Source: Trichomonas gallinae (Eukaryota). Taken from it: a stretch of DNA of 48,988 bases. Position 1 is the first letter of the stretch, and each line of letters starts with the position of its first letter. The notes below the pieces were generated by a model. The model saw only the letters and a program-made list of their open reading frames with translations, ran no database searches and was not told the origin of the DNA. Positions 37,865-48,219 of this stretch are shown piece after piece. Where the stretch lies: the NCBI GenBank assembly GCA_008369845.1, contig MRSU01009678.1:1-48988 (forward strand), in the 5' to 3' direction. Both the position numbers and the translations under genes were made by a program.

Positions 37865-38218
37865 TTATGCAAGTTTGAAGCCAAACCAGCAAGAAAGAGG
37901 AGACATAATTGCTACAATAGCGAAATATAGTATAAATTTACGGAATACTCGCTTGTATCTTAGATTTGAAACTAATAACGAAAAAATTCCGCAAACAATG
38001 GATTCAAAAGCAAGTAAATAACCGTATATGTATGATTCATTCATTGATCTCGCGCTTAAACCAACAACAACGCCAGCTGATAAAGAAATCAAAATGGATA
38101 AAACAGGACTCCAGTATTTTCGCACAGTTTTCGACCACTCGCTTTCTTTTTCCTCTATTTCGCCAATTGGCACGTGTTTGAGCTCAATAACTCCAGGCGC
38201 CAATCTATCAGAAAACAT
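37865..38218 (-). CDS. Small 3-TM membrane protein, possibly EMC6/Rab5ip-like
   Basis: 117 aa from the ATG at 38218, with three hydrophobic segments. SLSAGVVVGL weakly resembles the EMC6 SxxxGxxAGILGL motif. Confidence 0.55.
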   Translation of the reverse strand: MFSDRLAPGVIELKHVPIGEIEEKESEWSKTVRKYWSPVLSILISLSAGVVVGLSARSMNESYIYGYLLAFESIVCGIFSLLVSNLRYKRVFRKFILYFAIVAIMSPLSCWFGFKLA

Positions 38219-38287
38219 TTTAAAAATAAGGTTATCCAAAATCTTTTTCGAAAAAAGTGACGTTTTTTTGACAGCAAAATTACAAAA

Positions 38288-39595
38288 ATGTTTTTTTCTC
38301 TTGTTTCATTGATTATTTGTAAGTCAATGATTGACCTAAAAGAACCTTTTGAGCTCGAAGAAAACAATACTATCAAATCATGGAAGCTTTTTGGGTCTTC
38401 TCGCGTACAAGAAGATAAATTAATCCTTTTGCCGCCAATAAGAAAGGCACATGGCGCTATTTGGACGGATACTATCTTACCAGCCACGAACTGGTCGATT
38501 CGAACTGATATTTTGCTTGTAGAACCTTCCGAAACTTTTAGTTTCGCAGTTTTCTATATAAAGGAGCCAACCCATGAATTTTATTTCCATGGAGGTCCAC
38601 CAAAAATCGAAGGTTTAGCGATTATTGGTGAATTCATTCGCGAAAATCGAACACACTTAAAATTTACATTAAATTCGATACAATCTGATGGTAAAGTTGA
38701 TTTAAGAACAGCACCATTACCAGAACCCGATATGTCCTTCTACGCAGCAACTTCGACTAGATTTGGTTTGATTATCTCTTTTTCGGATAATAGAATCATT
38801 TCAGGAATTGATATAGGCGATGGAAACATAATAAAAGGTGCAGAAATGGAAGCGAAGTTGAATTACAACCAATATTACTTAGGAATTACTGCATTAAACG
38901 GTGCAATCGAGTCAGGATTCATTCTTGAGAATCTCGAAGTCTCGTTGAACGATGGTGCACAGAGCAATTTCTTCTTCCATGGGGATGATCCATTTCAAGT
39001 TCCTTCGCAGCCTGAATATTATTCAGTTTCAACTGAAGAAACTCTTCAATTTCGTGCTGCTTCTTACAGAGAAATGGAAAAGCAGATGACTCTGAGAAAA
39101 GCAGCTCACGGAAATCTTTGGCTTGGAGGATTATACAATGATACGAAAGGTGATACGGTTTTAACATGTATAGATGAAACCCTTGTTGCAACTTCAGAAA
39201 TGGGAACTTTCTCGCAAATCAACGAATACATTAAATACGATTTACAAAGTTATGTTCAAAAATGGCATAAAAGAATGACAAAAGCCTGCAGATCAATGCA
39301 AGAAGTCAGAAAACTTATCGATGAAAATAGAAACAGCGCAACAGCAATGCTTAATTACTACAACAAATCATTAACATCAACATTCGAAGAAATGTTTCAG
39401 ATGAGTTTTAACTTCACGAATGAGCTCAGTATAATGTCACAGCAAGAAGTACCGATTAATTTACCGCCAAGAATTTCATTATATTCATTCATCCTTATTT
39501 TCTTCTGCGTAATCGAGCTTGCTGTTACTGTTTATCTCTTACTGCACATGGACGAAGTCAAGAAATCCATTAAACGTCCGTTCTCTTTACTATAA
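38288..39595 (+). CDS. L-type (legume-like) lectin type I membrane protein, ERGIC-53/Emp47-like
   Basis: Signal peptide, WKLFGSS, GAIWT, FHGGPPKIEGLAI, YYLGITALNG, a coiled-coil stalk, a C-terminal TM segment, and a short tail ending KK..KRPFSLL. Confidence 0.8.
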   Translation: MFFSLVSLIICKSMIDLKEPFELEENNTIKSWKLFGSSRVQEDKLILLPPIRKAHGAIWTDTILPATNWSIRTDILLVEPSETFSFAVFYIKEPTHEFYFHGGPPKIEGLAIIGEFIRENRTHLKFTLNSIQSDGKVDLRTAPLPEPDMSFYAATSTRFGLIISFSDNRIISGIDIGDGNIIKGAEMEAKLNYNQYYLGITALNGAIESGFILENLEVSLNDGAQSNFFFHGDDPFQVPSQPEYYSVSTEETLQFRAASYREMEKQMTLRKAAHGNLWLGGLYNDTKGDTVLTCIDETLVATSEMGTFSQINEYIKYDLQSYVQKWHKRMTKACRSMQEVRKLIDENRNSATAMLNYYNKSLTSTFEEMFQMSFNFTNELSIMSQQEVPINLPPRISLYSFILIFFCVIELAVTVYLLLHMDEVKKSIKRPFSLL

Positions 39596-39895
39596 ATTTG
39601 TATATTTTCTGTATAAATTATAAAAGATGTTTAGTTAATTCATAATTCATTTATTTTGATGGTCCTTATTATGATGGCATTGCATTGGAAGGATGTTTCG
39701 TTGATATTTTTTAGGAATTAGAAAAACAAAAAAATGATTATAAAAATTGTACAAAAATTGTTTTATTTTTCATTTTTTCTTATTTTACAACAAATTTAAA
39801 GGGGGTTTATTTAATGAAATATCATTGATAATATACATAGAATACTATTTGCTTTGGTATATTAATGTTATTTCATATCACTTTTCACATTTTTA

Positions 39896-40789
39896 ATGGA
39901 GTCCACTATTAAAAACGATGAAAAATTACCTACTCCATTGGTTTTGCTTACAAACGATCAGTCCAGTTTAGAGAACCACATGATAGAAATGATGAACAAT
40001 GCGCAAAATTATCCAAATATTATTGCAGTTCAAATTCCAGATAAAGATTTCGCGTTCTCAATATTAGAGGGCCTACTTCAAACCTCAGAAAGTGATTTTA
40101 TCATTTCATGTTTTAATTTTCAAAAAATCGAAATTTTAGAATCAATTTATTGTTTTGAAGTTACAGATGCAGAACATTTCTATACTTTCTTCGCAAAAGA
40201 GTATGGCGACCATCTTATTAAAACATTACTTCCAATAAATGTATTCAGCGTATTTTGTAATCAAATCGTTACAACTTCTATAATAAACGCGAAAATTGTT
40301 AGATTTCAGGATGGATCGAATAAAAGAATAGGTTTCGTTAAATCAGTTTCACCACAAGGAATAGTTTCGCTTTATTCGATTCCAATTCTCGATTACAATG
40401 AAATGATTCGATCAAGAATTTACATGCAGAGCTTTCTCAATCGTAAAAACGGTCCTGAATATAAAGCTCCATTTAATTTCTTTGATAAAGTTAAACTCAG
40501 TCAAATGGGTTGCTCTATTAAATCAAGGACGGTTGAAGAATCTCATGATCATTTGATTTCTGTTAATGTATGGGATCATCGATATTTTTATTTTTCATTC
40601 GAATTTATCAAAGTGGAGACACGACAAATATCAATGATGTTACAGCCATTTACAACAGATGAAATTCAGTTTTTCAAAAATAAAGATTTTCATTCGATAT
40701 TTCAAGAAATCAAACTGACTGACTTATCATTTTCTAAGTTTATTGAACCATTGATAGATAAAGTGAAAAAAATGCTTCCAAAAGATTAA
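39896..40789 (+). CDS. Truncated Spt5-like protein (degenerate NGN + KOW1/L1 only)
   Basis: PNIIAVQI...IYCFE...LLPI is NGN-like. It is followed by IVRFQDG..K.IGFV..V...VSLYSIPILDY...KAPFNFFD...VWDHRYF...FTTDEIQFF, which parallels Spt5 WVRxKxGxYK..IPRIDY..PPQRLFD..FEGxxY..PTxxELxKF. Confidence 0.6.
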   Translation: MESTIKNDEKLPTPLVLLTNDQSSLENHMIEMMNNAQNYPNIIAVQIPDKDFAFSILEGLLQTSESDFIISCFNFQKIEILESIYCFEVTDAEHFYTFFAKEYGDHLIKTLLPINVFSVFCNQIVTTSIINAKIVRFQDGSNKRIGFVKSVSPQGIVSLYSIPILDYNEMIRSRIYMQSFLNRKNGPEYKAPFNFFDKVKLSQMGCSIKSRTVEESHDHLISVNVWDHRYFYFSFEFIKVETRQISMMLQPFTTDEIQFFKNKDFHSIFQEIKLTDLSFSKFIEPLIDKVKKMLPKD

Positions 40790-40910
40790 TTTTTCAATAT
40801 TAATTTTTTATTGTTTGTATTCAATATAAATGCTTGTATATTGTTATAATTTTTGATAAAACAAAGCCAGTTTAAAGATATATAGAAAAAAAGAAATATA
40901 TTTTTCATAA

Positions 40911-42827
40911 TTATTTCTTGAGACTTGTCAAATTCATCATCCAAAGCTTGGCACCACCAAGGCCAAGAGCCAACCATAACAAGACTCCAACAAAAATAGC
41001 AATGCGTCCTGTCCACTTATATGGTAGATAGACGAAGTTGAACTGAGTATCACTCCATCTTGTTTCTGCTGCCAGTAAGTTATCGTCAGCTAAAGTAGTG
41101 TTTGTAACCATAAATTTCTCCTTCTTTTTGTCTGTTTCGACTCCAAGTGGATAAGCTGGATGGTACTGAACCTTAGATTTAAGGCACTTACCAACTGGTG
41201 CACAGTGGAATCCACTATTTTCTCCTAATTTATTAAGGCAATCCTTTGTTTCACTACAATTAATATCTGTGAGGTTCCCTGGTGAAAATTCATCAAGGAT
41301 GCGCGCAATAAGTCTCTGCTTAAGATAGACTTTGAAACCGTTGTAAACACCAGTATATATCGAGCTTGGGTTCTTAGGAAGAGTAAAATCTGCTGATGGA
41401 AAGAGGTAATTGAAAACAGATGAATTAGATGGATTCTTTATAAATCCTTCCATAATAGATTCAATAAATGTTTCATTAGCTTCAATTGAATTTAAATCTG
41501 GATTATCGAAGCAAAGCTTAGCTAAAATTCTTGCTGTTGTTGTTGCTGCTTTTGTCATGTATGTTTTATTGTATATAATATCTCCTGGACTACCAATGTT
41601 TTGATTTACGTACTTTTCATCGAAGCCTGTTAAGACAACATGCTTGATATCTTTATTCATCCTAAGGAATGAGTTTGTTGATGATGGTGGAACTCCTGGT
41701 GTTGCTGTGTCTGGTTTTGTAATCGTTAATGGTGTAGCGGTACCAATAAGCGAATTGACAAATGAGGTGGCAGCATCTGTTCTTGCTGTGTGTGCGTAAA
41801 TCTTATTTTCATCTTTGAATAAACCGATGCTCTTCAATTCGACAATTGAATCGAAATCTGATGGTGATATGTAGTTGAAATCAGTGTAAATACGGACTGG
41901 ATTTGCGCATGTACCAGGACCCAGTTTATTATCCACTTCCAGGCATTTTCCATCAAACTGATGATTAATTTCTGCTAAGAAGCGTCTTGAGCCAGCATAG
42001 CCTATTTCTTCCGCATCAAAAAATGCAAGGCGTAATTGTTTATTAGCAGTTGTCCAGTTTAAGGAAGCATTCTTAAGTGCGTCGATTGCACCCAATAAAC
42101 CGACAAATCCTGAAAAAGAATGGTCGGCACCTATATGTCCATATGGAATGCTACCAAATGAATCTATTGAAGCGATCGCCCAAACAGCAGAGTTATTCAA
42201 ATATTTATCTGTTGAACCTAAAACAGATAGGCCACCGATAACATCAGCAAGTGGAAAAGATTTCTTGATGGTTTCTACAGCCTGTTTGAAATTACCTCTG
42301 GAATGCTGCCTGTTGTTAATATAAATTCCAGCGCGGTCACCGGCTGCTTGTTTTGCTGCAAGGAGAAATTGCGCGTATTCATCGGTTGTCTTAAAAATGA
42401 TGAATGGAAGTCTCTTGAAATCTGAGCCATCTCCGTAAGGATTCCATTCGTAATAATTTTTATTGTAGGAGTACTTTTGATTTGGATATTTTTGTGCTGA
42501 AGATGTAGAATTGTTACCATTTTCATCTGGATAACCGACAACTCCTTGCAAAAAGTTGAATGGTTTATATTTTGTCGCAATAATGTCATAATATTCTGTC
42601 TTCATCATGGAGTATGGAATCATTAAAACCTCTTGGTAGAGTCTAGGCTTAGAAACTAGTTCATTTAAATCAGATGGTGTTTTGATTATCTTTAAATAAC
42701 CGGATCCGCCTTGATATTTTGTCTCTGGGCCAATCCAACCTTTGTTGATGTTAATGCGGAAGTTAAAATCAACCGGGATTTCAATAGAATTTGGATTTGC
42801 TACTAAAATGCTTGTTAAGATAAACAT
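40911..42827 (-). CDS. NCSTN: Nicastrin (gamma-secretase subunit)
   Basis: IGGLSV, ASIDS..GAD...SGFVGLL, FFDAEEIGYAGSRRF (DYIGS region), GVPPSSTNSFL, VVLTGFD, YHPAY, ETRW and a single C-terminal TM segment. Confidence 0.88.
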   Translation of the reverse strand: MFILTSILVANPNSIEIPVDFNFRININKGWIGPETKYQGGSGYLKIIKTPSDLNELVSKPRLYQEVLMIPYSMMKTEYYDIIATKYKPFNFLQGVVGYPDENGNNSTSSAQKYPNQKYSYNKNYYEWNPYGDGSDFKRLPFIIFKTTDEYAQFLLAAKQAAGDRAGIYINNRQHSRGNFKQAVETIKKSFPLADVIGGLSVLGSTDKYLNNSAVWAIASIDSFGSIPYGHIGADHSFSGFVGLLGAIDALKNASLNWTTANKQLRLAFFDAEEIGYAGSRRFLAEINHQFDGKCLEVDNKLGPGTCANPVRIYTDFNYISPSDFDSIVELKSIGLFKDENKIYAHTARTDAATSFVNSLIGTATPLTITKPDTATPGVPPSSTNSFLRMNKDIKHVVLTGFDEKYVNQNIGSPGDIIYNKTYMTKAATTTARILAKLCFDNPDLNSIEANETFIESIMEGFIKNPSNSSVFNYLFPSADFTLPKNPSSIYTGVYNGFKVYLKQRLIARILDEFSPGNLTDINCSETKDCLNKLGENSGFHCAPVGKCLKSKVQYHPAYPLGVETDKKKEKFMVTNTTLADDNLLAAETRWSDTQFNFVYLPYKWTGRIAIFVGVLLWLALGLGGAKLWMMNLTSLKK

Positions 42828-43315
42828 TTATTTTTAATTTTTTTATTTGTAATATAACCTTAGAGAAAAATTTTATTTTAACCTTTTGAAAAAGTGACAA
42901 TTTCTTGACTCTTTTTGAAAAATATTTGAAATATATGAAGAACACGGTCAAATTTATCCAAATATCCAATTTTGGGGCATTTTCTCATATGGAAAATGAG
43001 CAAAAAATTTATTTGATAATTCTATATTCTTGTTGATATTATAATATCTACAAGATTTTAAGATATATTCTAGAGTATTCTCAATTATTGTTATCCTGCA
43101 AAATAATCAAAATATTGATTCAACTTTTTATTTCTTATTGACATTCAACCGATATTATTCTAAACCTATTAATTTCATCATGATATTCTGATGATTTTTG
43201 AGATATTATAAATTGAATTTTGAAAATTAAGTTTATGAATAAAATGTGAAGGATAATCGATTTTTAAGCTTAAAAACATGTATAATCTTTATTCTATGTC
43301 TATTAAATAGAGAAA

Positions 43316-43690
43316 TTAATCTTGTCCAACTTTGATAAGTTCTGTTTGAGAAGGTACTGTATAACCATTGATGATTAATGCAGCCCCTTTTGCAGATAAA
43401 TACGTTACATCCTCTTTTGTGAATCCAATATTAATTTTTTGCATTGGATTTGTATTTGCAGTGAAGGAAGCAATTGTGACATCATGGACAATATCAGGAG
43501 CATCTGGATCTTTTTCTATTGCTACAGGATCCAGTGTTTCGACATGTGCTTCTAAAGTTGCACGCTGGAAAGGCTTAGAAGTATCAACAATTACTTGTGT
43601 CAAAACAGTCGAAACATTTCCTTCAGCTTCAAGGAAAATCTCTTCGCCATCTTCAATTCTTTTGCTGAAAAAACTCTTGAAATTAGACAT
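43316..43690 (-). CDS. Stand-alone nucleoplasmin-like (NPL) domain protein
   Basis: SFFSKRI, VLTQVIV, TIASFT...QKINIGF and G..LIINGY match the NPL beta-sandwich pattern. ATG at 43690; 124 aa. Confidence 0.7.
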   Translation of the reverse strand: MSNFKSFFSKRIEDGEEIFLEAEGNVSTVLTQVIVDTSKPFQRATLEAHVETLDPVAIEKDPDAPDIVHDVTIASFTANTNPMQKINIGFTKEDVTYLSAKGAALIINGYTVPSQTELIKVGQD

Positions 43691-43782
43691 TTTATCACTT
43701 TTCAATCCCCTTTTTAAATCGCCAAGACCCTAATTAATACTACCCCTGTTTAATTTTGGTAATCACTAAATTTTAATCAAAA

Positions 43783-46700
43783 ATGTTTTTTGTTTTTGTT
43801 TTTAGTTGTCTTGCGCAGTTTACTGTTGATAACCAGATTGTTATCGATAGTAAGGCACCATGGTATAAGGCAACTATGTTTGATCAGTATTTTGTTGGAG
43901 TTTCGCAAATATCAAATAAAAAAGCTGCAAATTTCTACTTAAAAGTCGGACAAAGACAATGTTATTCAAACGAAGAATGCATAGAAGAGATTCTGAACGA
44001 AATATTGAGTGCAAATGAAATCAATATCTTGAAATCTCAAGTAAAATTAGATGATTTGCTTCCAATGATCGAATTCAATCGTGAACAAGCAAGAAGATTG
44101 CGTGGAAGCAACTATGATGACATGATTATCGTCGGAGAAAAGCCAGATTTCAATTATGATTGCATTTACTTCAATGATCCAAATGTAGCTGTTTTATCAA
44201 CAGATTTCCAACTAGGAAGCCATAAAACAGTGATTTACGCAAATCTATCGAATCCAAACGTTTATGAATTTATCCAACAATTAATTATTAATCAAAACTC
44301 ATTCATTTTACGTCCAACGTCACAAGGAGAGTTCGGTTTATCATTACACGGCTACGGAATTGAACTTCGTCCTTTCAAGTATTCTATGGAATATGGAGTT
44401 AAAGATGATCAAAAATCTGGCTCATCAGGTAGCGGAAAAGATGAACTATTTGACGAAACAATCGTCAATTTCCCTGAAATATTAGAACAGAAACCAGTTA
44501 AAAGCGAGATTCCGATTTCAAAAGAGGCATTTGCTAAATTTTTCACGGAAAATGAAGCTCCTTTCATGCAGAGACTGTCAGAGATTTCACAGAATCCATC
44601 AATTGCTTTGTCTATCTTAGATAATCTTGGATCAGCACCAGAAGACCAGGAAAACCCCGAAGTTGACGCTAAACTTCATCAGGTTAATCACAGAATCTTA
44701 AAGGAAAGTGAATATGATATGTTTACAATATTAAATATCATCAATAAAGAAAAGAATTCTTTTCATATCATTAAGAACGAATCAAGCGAAGCAACAAAGA
44801 TGTTTCAGACAGAATTACCACCAAAGAACACATTCAGGTTCGATTATCGCTCAAAATTCATTTCTTGGAAAAATAATATCGAGAAAGATCCTTCAAACAA
44901 AGAGTGGAAGATTAGAAAAGACGAGCTATTGCATGTAGATAGAATCCCGAATATTAAAAGAAATCTTTTTAACGTGATTTCGTGTTCCGACCCAACAACG
45001 CAAGATGGAGTCTATAGATACCTTGTTATCAACACACTGATAAGGAATGGTTATCCTTTACGCTATGGAGCTTTACCAGTTTTCAATATGAATAATCCGC
45101 TTTCTAGAAAAACCGCTTTTGGATATGCATACATCAGGCAGATCTCTCCGAGTATAGCTTTCGACTTTTTGATGAACATTGCTTTGAATACTGGTGTTGA
45201 TCAAGTAAAAAGACTTCCAAACATTCCAACAGAAGATGCTGTTGCAAAAGCATTTGCGTATTCGACGAAAATAATCAAAGGAGCCATATCATGGCATGAT
45301 TTGTACAAGTTTTATTCACCTTTATCAGCAATTCACAAATATCTCAAAGAAATGCAAAATGAAGTTGCCAATATGAAACTTGATAAGAATATGGTTATTT
45401 TCAATGGCAAAATCGTCAGATACTTCAATCTCAATCAAGTTGATAATTTAATTTTCATGGAAAGACAGTTTATTGCTGAAACATTCGAAGATGATGTTTT
45501 CCCACCAGGATTTGATATAATGGAACACCTAGAGAACGTTACATTCGTTTCTAAGACAACAGATTCTGAAATTTCACAAGAAAGCGTGCAATCATTACAT
45601 TTGCTTGAGCAACCACGTAAAATCATGAAGAAGTTCATGAAATTCATCAAACAAAACTTCAATAATGCTAAAACAAGGAATTTCATGATTATTTTCACCC
45701 AAAACGAGTCTAAATACGAGAAACTTATAGAAGAGAATGAAGAAAATGTTGATATAATATTAAATCCAAAGATCCACGATGTTCTCAAAGAATTTCTTGA
45801 AATCGACGAAGAAACAATAATTATCAACGGAAGAGTTTTCAGGAGAAATAATTTAACAATTGATGAGATGAATGAATACGTTCGCTGGACTGATAGAATG
45901 ATTTCTCTTTCATATTCTAAAATTGAAAATACAGAAAGCTATATGAAGTTCTTTATGTATTGTCTCGCAGCAGAATACTACGAATTCGACATATATCGCA
46001 GCAAAGACTCAATTTCTGCCAAAGATAAAATCAAAGGTCTTCAATATCGATCAAATCAAGATTCTGAGTTCGAATTTGAGATCCAGATTAATCCATTTGA
46101 TGATAATGACCAATTAATCGTTCCAATTATTGAGTATTTAGACAAACATAATATTATCGACGTAAATGTCGAGATAACCCTTCCACAAATCGTTTCATTG
46201 CATTCCAACAACTTCTTCCGCATGTGTTTGGAGAAAGAACAAGTCGTTTTCGGTGCTATTGACAGTAATACAGTTTACTCAATCATTCCTCACTTTCCGC
46301 CAACTTTCGTCGCCGAATCTCTCGAGACGGACTTCGACATGGACAACATTTTAGCCGGTGAACTATCAGGTGGTAACCAGCACGCATCATACATATTGAC
46401 AAATGTCTTGGCGAGTGGATTAACAAACGCAAGTCGCTGCACGATTTATCTCGAAGACGGAAATAATAAGCAAGTTGGAGGAACATATATATCTTCAACT
46501 GGTTATTGGCAAATAGACGCCAATCCAGGGCTATTTAATGTTGTTCTCTCTAATGAGTCATCGCAGTTCTTTAGGGTCATAAAAGGACAGGTTTTCATTA
46601 ACTCTTTCAGCCTGAAAAACAGCAGAATTATTTTAGAGCAGTTTAACGAACCAGTTGAAGTGAAAACTGACCCATCTACCATAGATACAGTCGATATCTT

Positions 46701-47538
46701 TTCTGTTGCTTCTGGACATCTTTACGAGCGTCTCACGAAGATCATGATGATATCTGTTAAAAGACATACGAACAAGACAGTGAAATTCTGGATTTTGAAG
46801 AATTTCTTGAGCCCACAATTTAAAGCAAGTTTACCATCAATGTCGAAGAAATACGATTTCGAGTATGAGCTTATTTCTTACAACTGGCCACCATTCTTAT
46901 ACAGGCAGCGCGAGAAGCAGAGGATTATCTGGGCGAACAAGATTTTGTTCCTCGACAATATATTCCCGCCTTCTCTCAAACGAGTGATTTACATCGACGC
47001 AGACCAAATCATCAGGACGGACATGAGCGAGCTGATGCAGATGGACTTCGGAGACGCACCTTACGCTTTCACGCCTATGTGTGACAGCAGGGTGGAAACT
47101 GAACCGTTCAGATTCTGGAAGAAAGGATACTGGGAGGGACAGTTGTCAGGCAAGAAGTATCACATTAGTGCACTTTTCGCTGTGGCCTTGGATAAGTTCA
47201 GGTTCATGAATGCAGGCGATACTCTTAGAGAAGTTTATCATGAGCTTTCTCCTAATCCGAATAATTTAGCCAACCTCGACCAGGACCTGCCGAATAACCT
47301 TCAGGATCAGATTCCGATCTATTCTTTGCCACAGGAGTGGCTCTGGTGCGAGACATGGTGCTCCGATGAGACAATGGACGCAGTGAAGACAATCGATCTC
47401 TGCAACAACCCTCTCACTCACAAACCCAAGCTTGACATCGCTGTTGAACGTGTTGAAGAATGGCCAGACCTCGACAAAGAATCCCGCGCAATCACTGCAG
47501 AATCAGATGCATACAAGAAGAAATTCTTCGCAAATTAA
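43783..47538 (+). CDS. UGGT: UDP-glucose:glycoprotein glucosyltransferase
   Basis: Signal peptide, LHGYGIEL, NNIEKD, GYWQIDANPG, and a GT24 domain with IFSVASGHLYER, VKFW, DADQ, NLDQDLPN and WLWCETWC. Confidence 0.97.
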   Translation: MFFVFVFSCLAQFTVDNQIVIDSKAPWYKATMFDQYFVGVSQISNKKAANFYLKVGQRQCYSNEECIEEILNEILSANEINILKSQVKLDDLLPMIEFNREQARRLRGSNYDDMIIVGEKPDFNYDCIYFNDPNVAVLSTDFQLGSHKTVIYANLSNPNVYEFIQQLIINQNSFILRPTSQGEFGLSLHGYGIELRPFKYSMEYGVKDDQKSGSSGSGKDELFDETIVNFPEILEQKPVKSEIPISKEAFAKFFTENEAPFMQRLSEISQNPSIALSILDNLGSAPEDQENPEVDAKLHQVNHRILKESEYDMFTILNIINKEKNSFHIIKNESSEATKMFQTELPPKNTFRFDYRSKFISWKNNIEKDPSNKEWKIRKDELLHVDRIPNIKRNLFNVISCSDPTTQDGVYRYLVINTLIRNGYPLRYGALPVFNMNNPLSRKTAFGYAYIRQISPSIAFDFLMNIALNTGVDQVKRLPNIPTEDAVAKAFAYSTKIIKGAISWHDLYKFYSPLSAIHKYLKEMQNEVANMKLDKNMVIFNGKIVRYFNLNQVDNLIFMERQFIAETFEDDVFPPGFDIMEHLENVTFVSKTTDSEISQESVQSLHLLEQPRKIMKKFMKFIKQNFNNAKTRNFMIIFTQNESKYEKLIEENEENVDIILNPKIHDVLKEFLEIDEETIIINGRVFRRNNLTIDEMNEYVRWTDRMISLSYSKIENTESYMKFFMYCLAAEYYEFDIYRSKDSISAKDKIKGLQYRSNQDSEFEFEIQINPFDDNDQLIVPIIEYLDKHNIIDVNVEITLPQIVSLHSNNFFRMCLEKEQVVFGAIDSNTVYSIIPHFPPTFVAESLETDFDMDNILAGELSGGNQHASYILTNVLASGLTNASRCTIYLEDGNNKQVGGTYISSTGYWQIDANPGLFNVVLSNESSQFFRVIKGQVFINSFSLKNSRIILEQFNEPVEVKTDPSTIDTVDIFSVASGHLYERLTKIMMISVKRHTNKTVKFWILKNFLSPQFKASLPSMSKKYDFEYELISYNWPPFLYRQREKQRIIWANKILFLDNIFPPSLKRVIYIDADQIIRTDMSELMQMDFGDAPYAFTPMCDSRVETEPFRFWKKGYWEGQLSGKKYHISALFAVALDKFRFMNAGDTLREVYHELSPNPNNLANLDQDLPNNLQDQIPIYSLPQEWLWCETWCSDETMDAVKTIDLCNNPLTHKPKLDIAVERVEEWPDLDKESRAITAESDAYKKKFFAN

Positions 47539-48219
47539 AATATATAATTGATTTTTTTTACACATAAATCACTTCTTGTTCAATATTCAACAATTTCCTC
47601 TCGAATTTAGTATAAAATGAATATCACAAGACTTTAATTCGCTTATCAAAATTGAACTTAAGTTACTCTAAATTTATTATCAATTTAGGAAAATACAATG
47701 ATTAACTAATAGTTAAATAGAAAAGCGATATTATAGTTATGTGTATTATGAGACTACTTTTCAATCAAGGAACAGTGAAAAATATCTCTAATTTTGATTT
47801 TCAATTATATTCTTAAATTAAACCAATTGTTATGGAGCAAAATGCAAAAATATTTTGCCCTAATATTATTGATTTACTCATAAATCACAAATTTCAGAAA
47901 TTTCTTTTTTTATATTTTTAATTAAATGAGGATTGAAGACTTTCATTGAGAAATTATAATTATATACAGAATAAGGATGTAAATTATTAAAGTTCGAAAT
48001 TTGGAAAAATTTTAATTAATTTTTTTCGTGGAGCTTCAAATCAATAAGATTTTAAATGCTTAATGATACTATATGATCTCTAACCCTAATATAATTATAA
48101 AGAATTAATATGATCCAATGATTGATAATAATGAATCCAATTTCTGTGATTTCGAATAATATCTCGATATTTGGATTCAATTTTAATATTATTCACATCC
48201 CCATAAATATAATAAATGA

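Noticed and set aside
37865..47538. Operon-like cluster of ER/secretory genes
   Set aside because: Orientations are mixed, unrelated genes are interspersed, and each gene has its own promoter motifs, so chance adjacency is sufficient.
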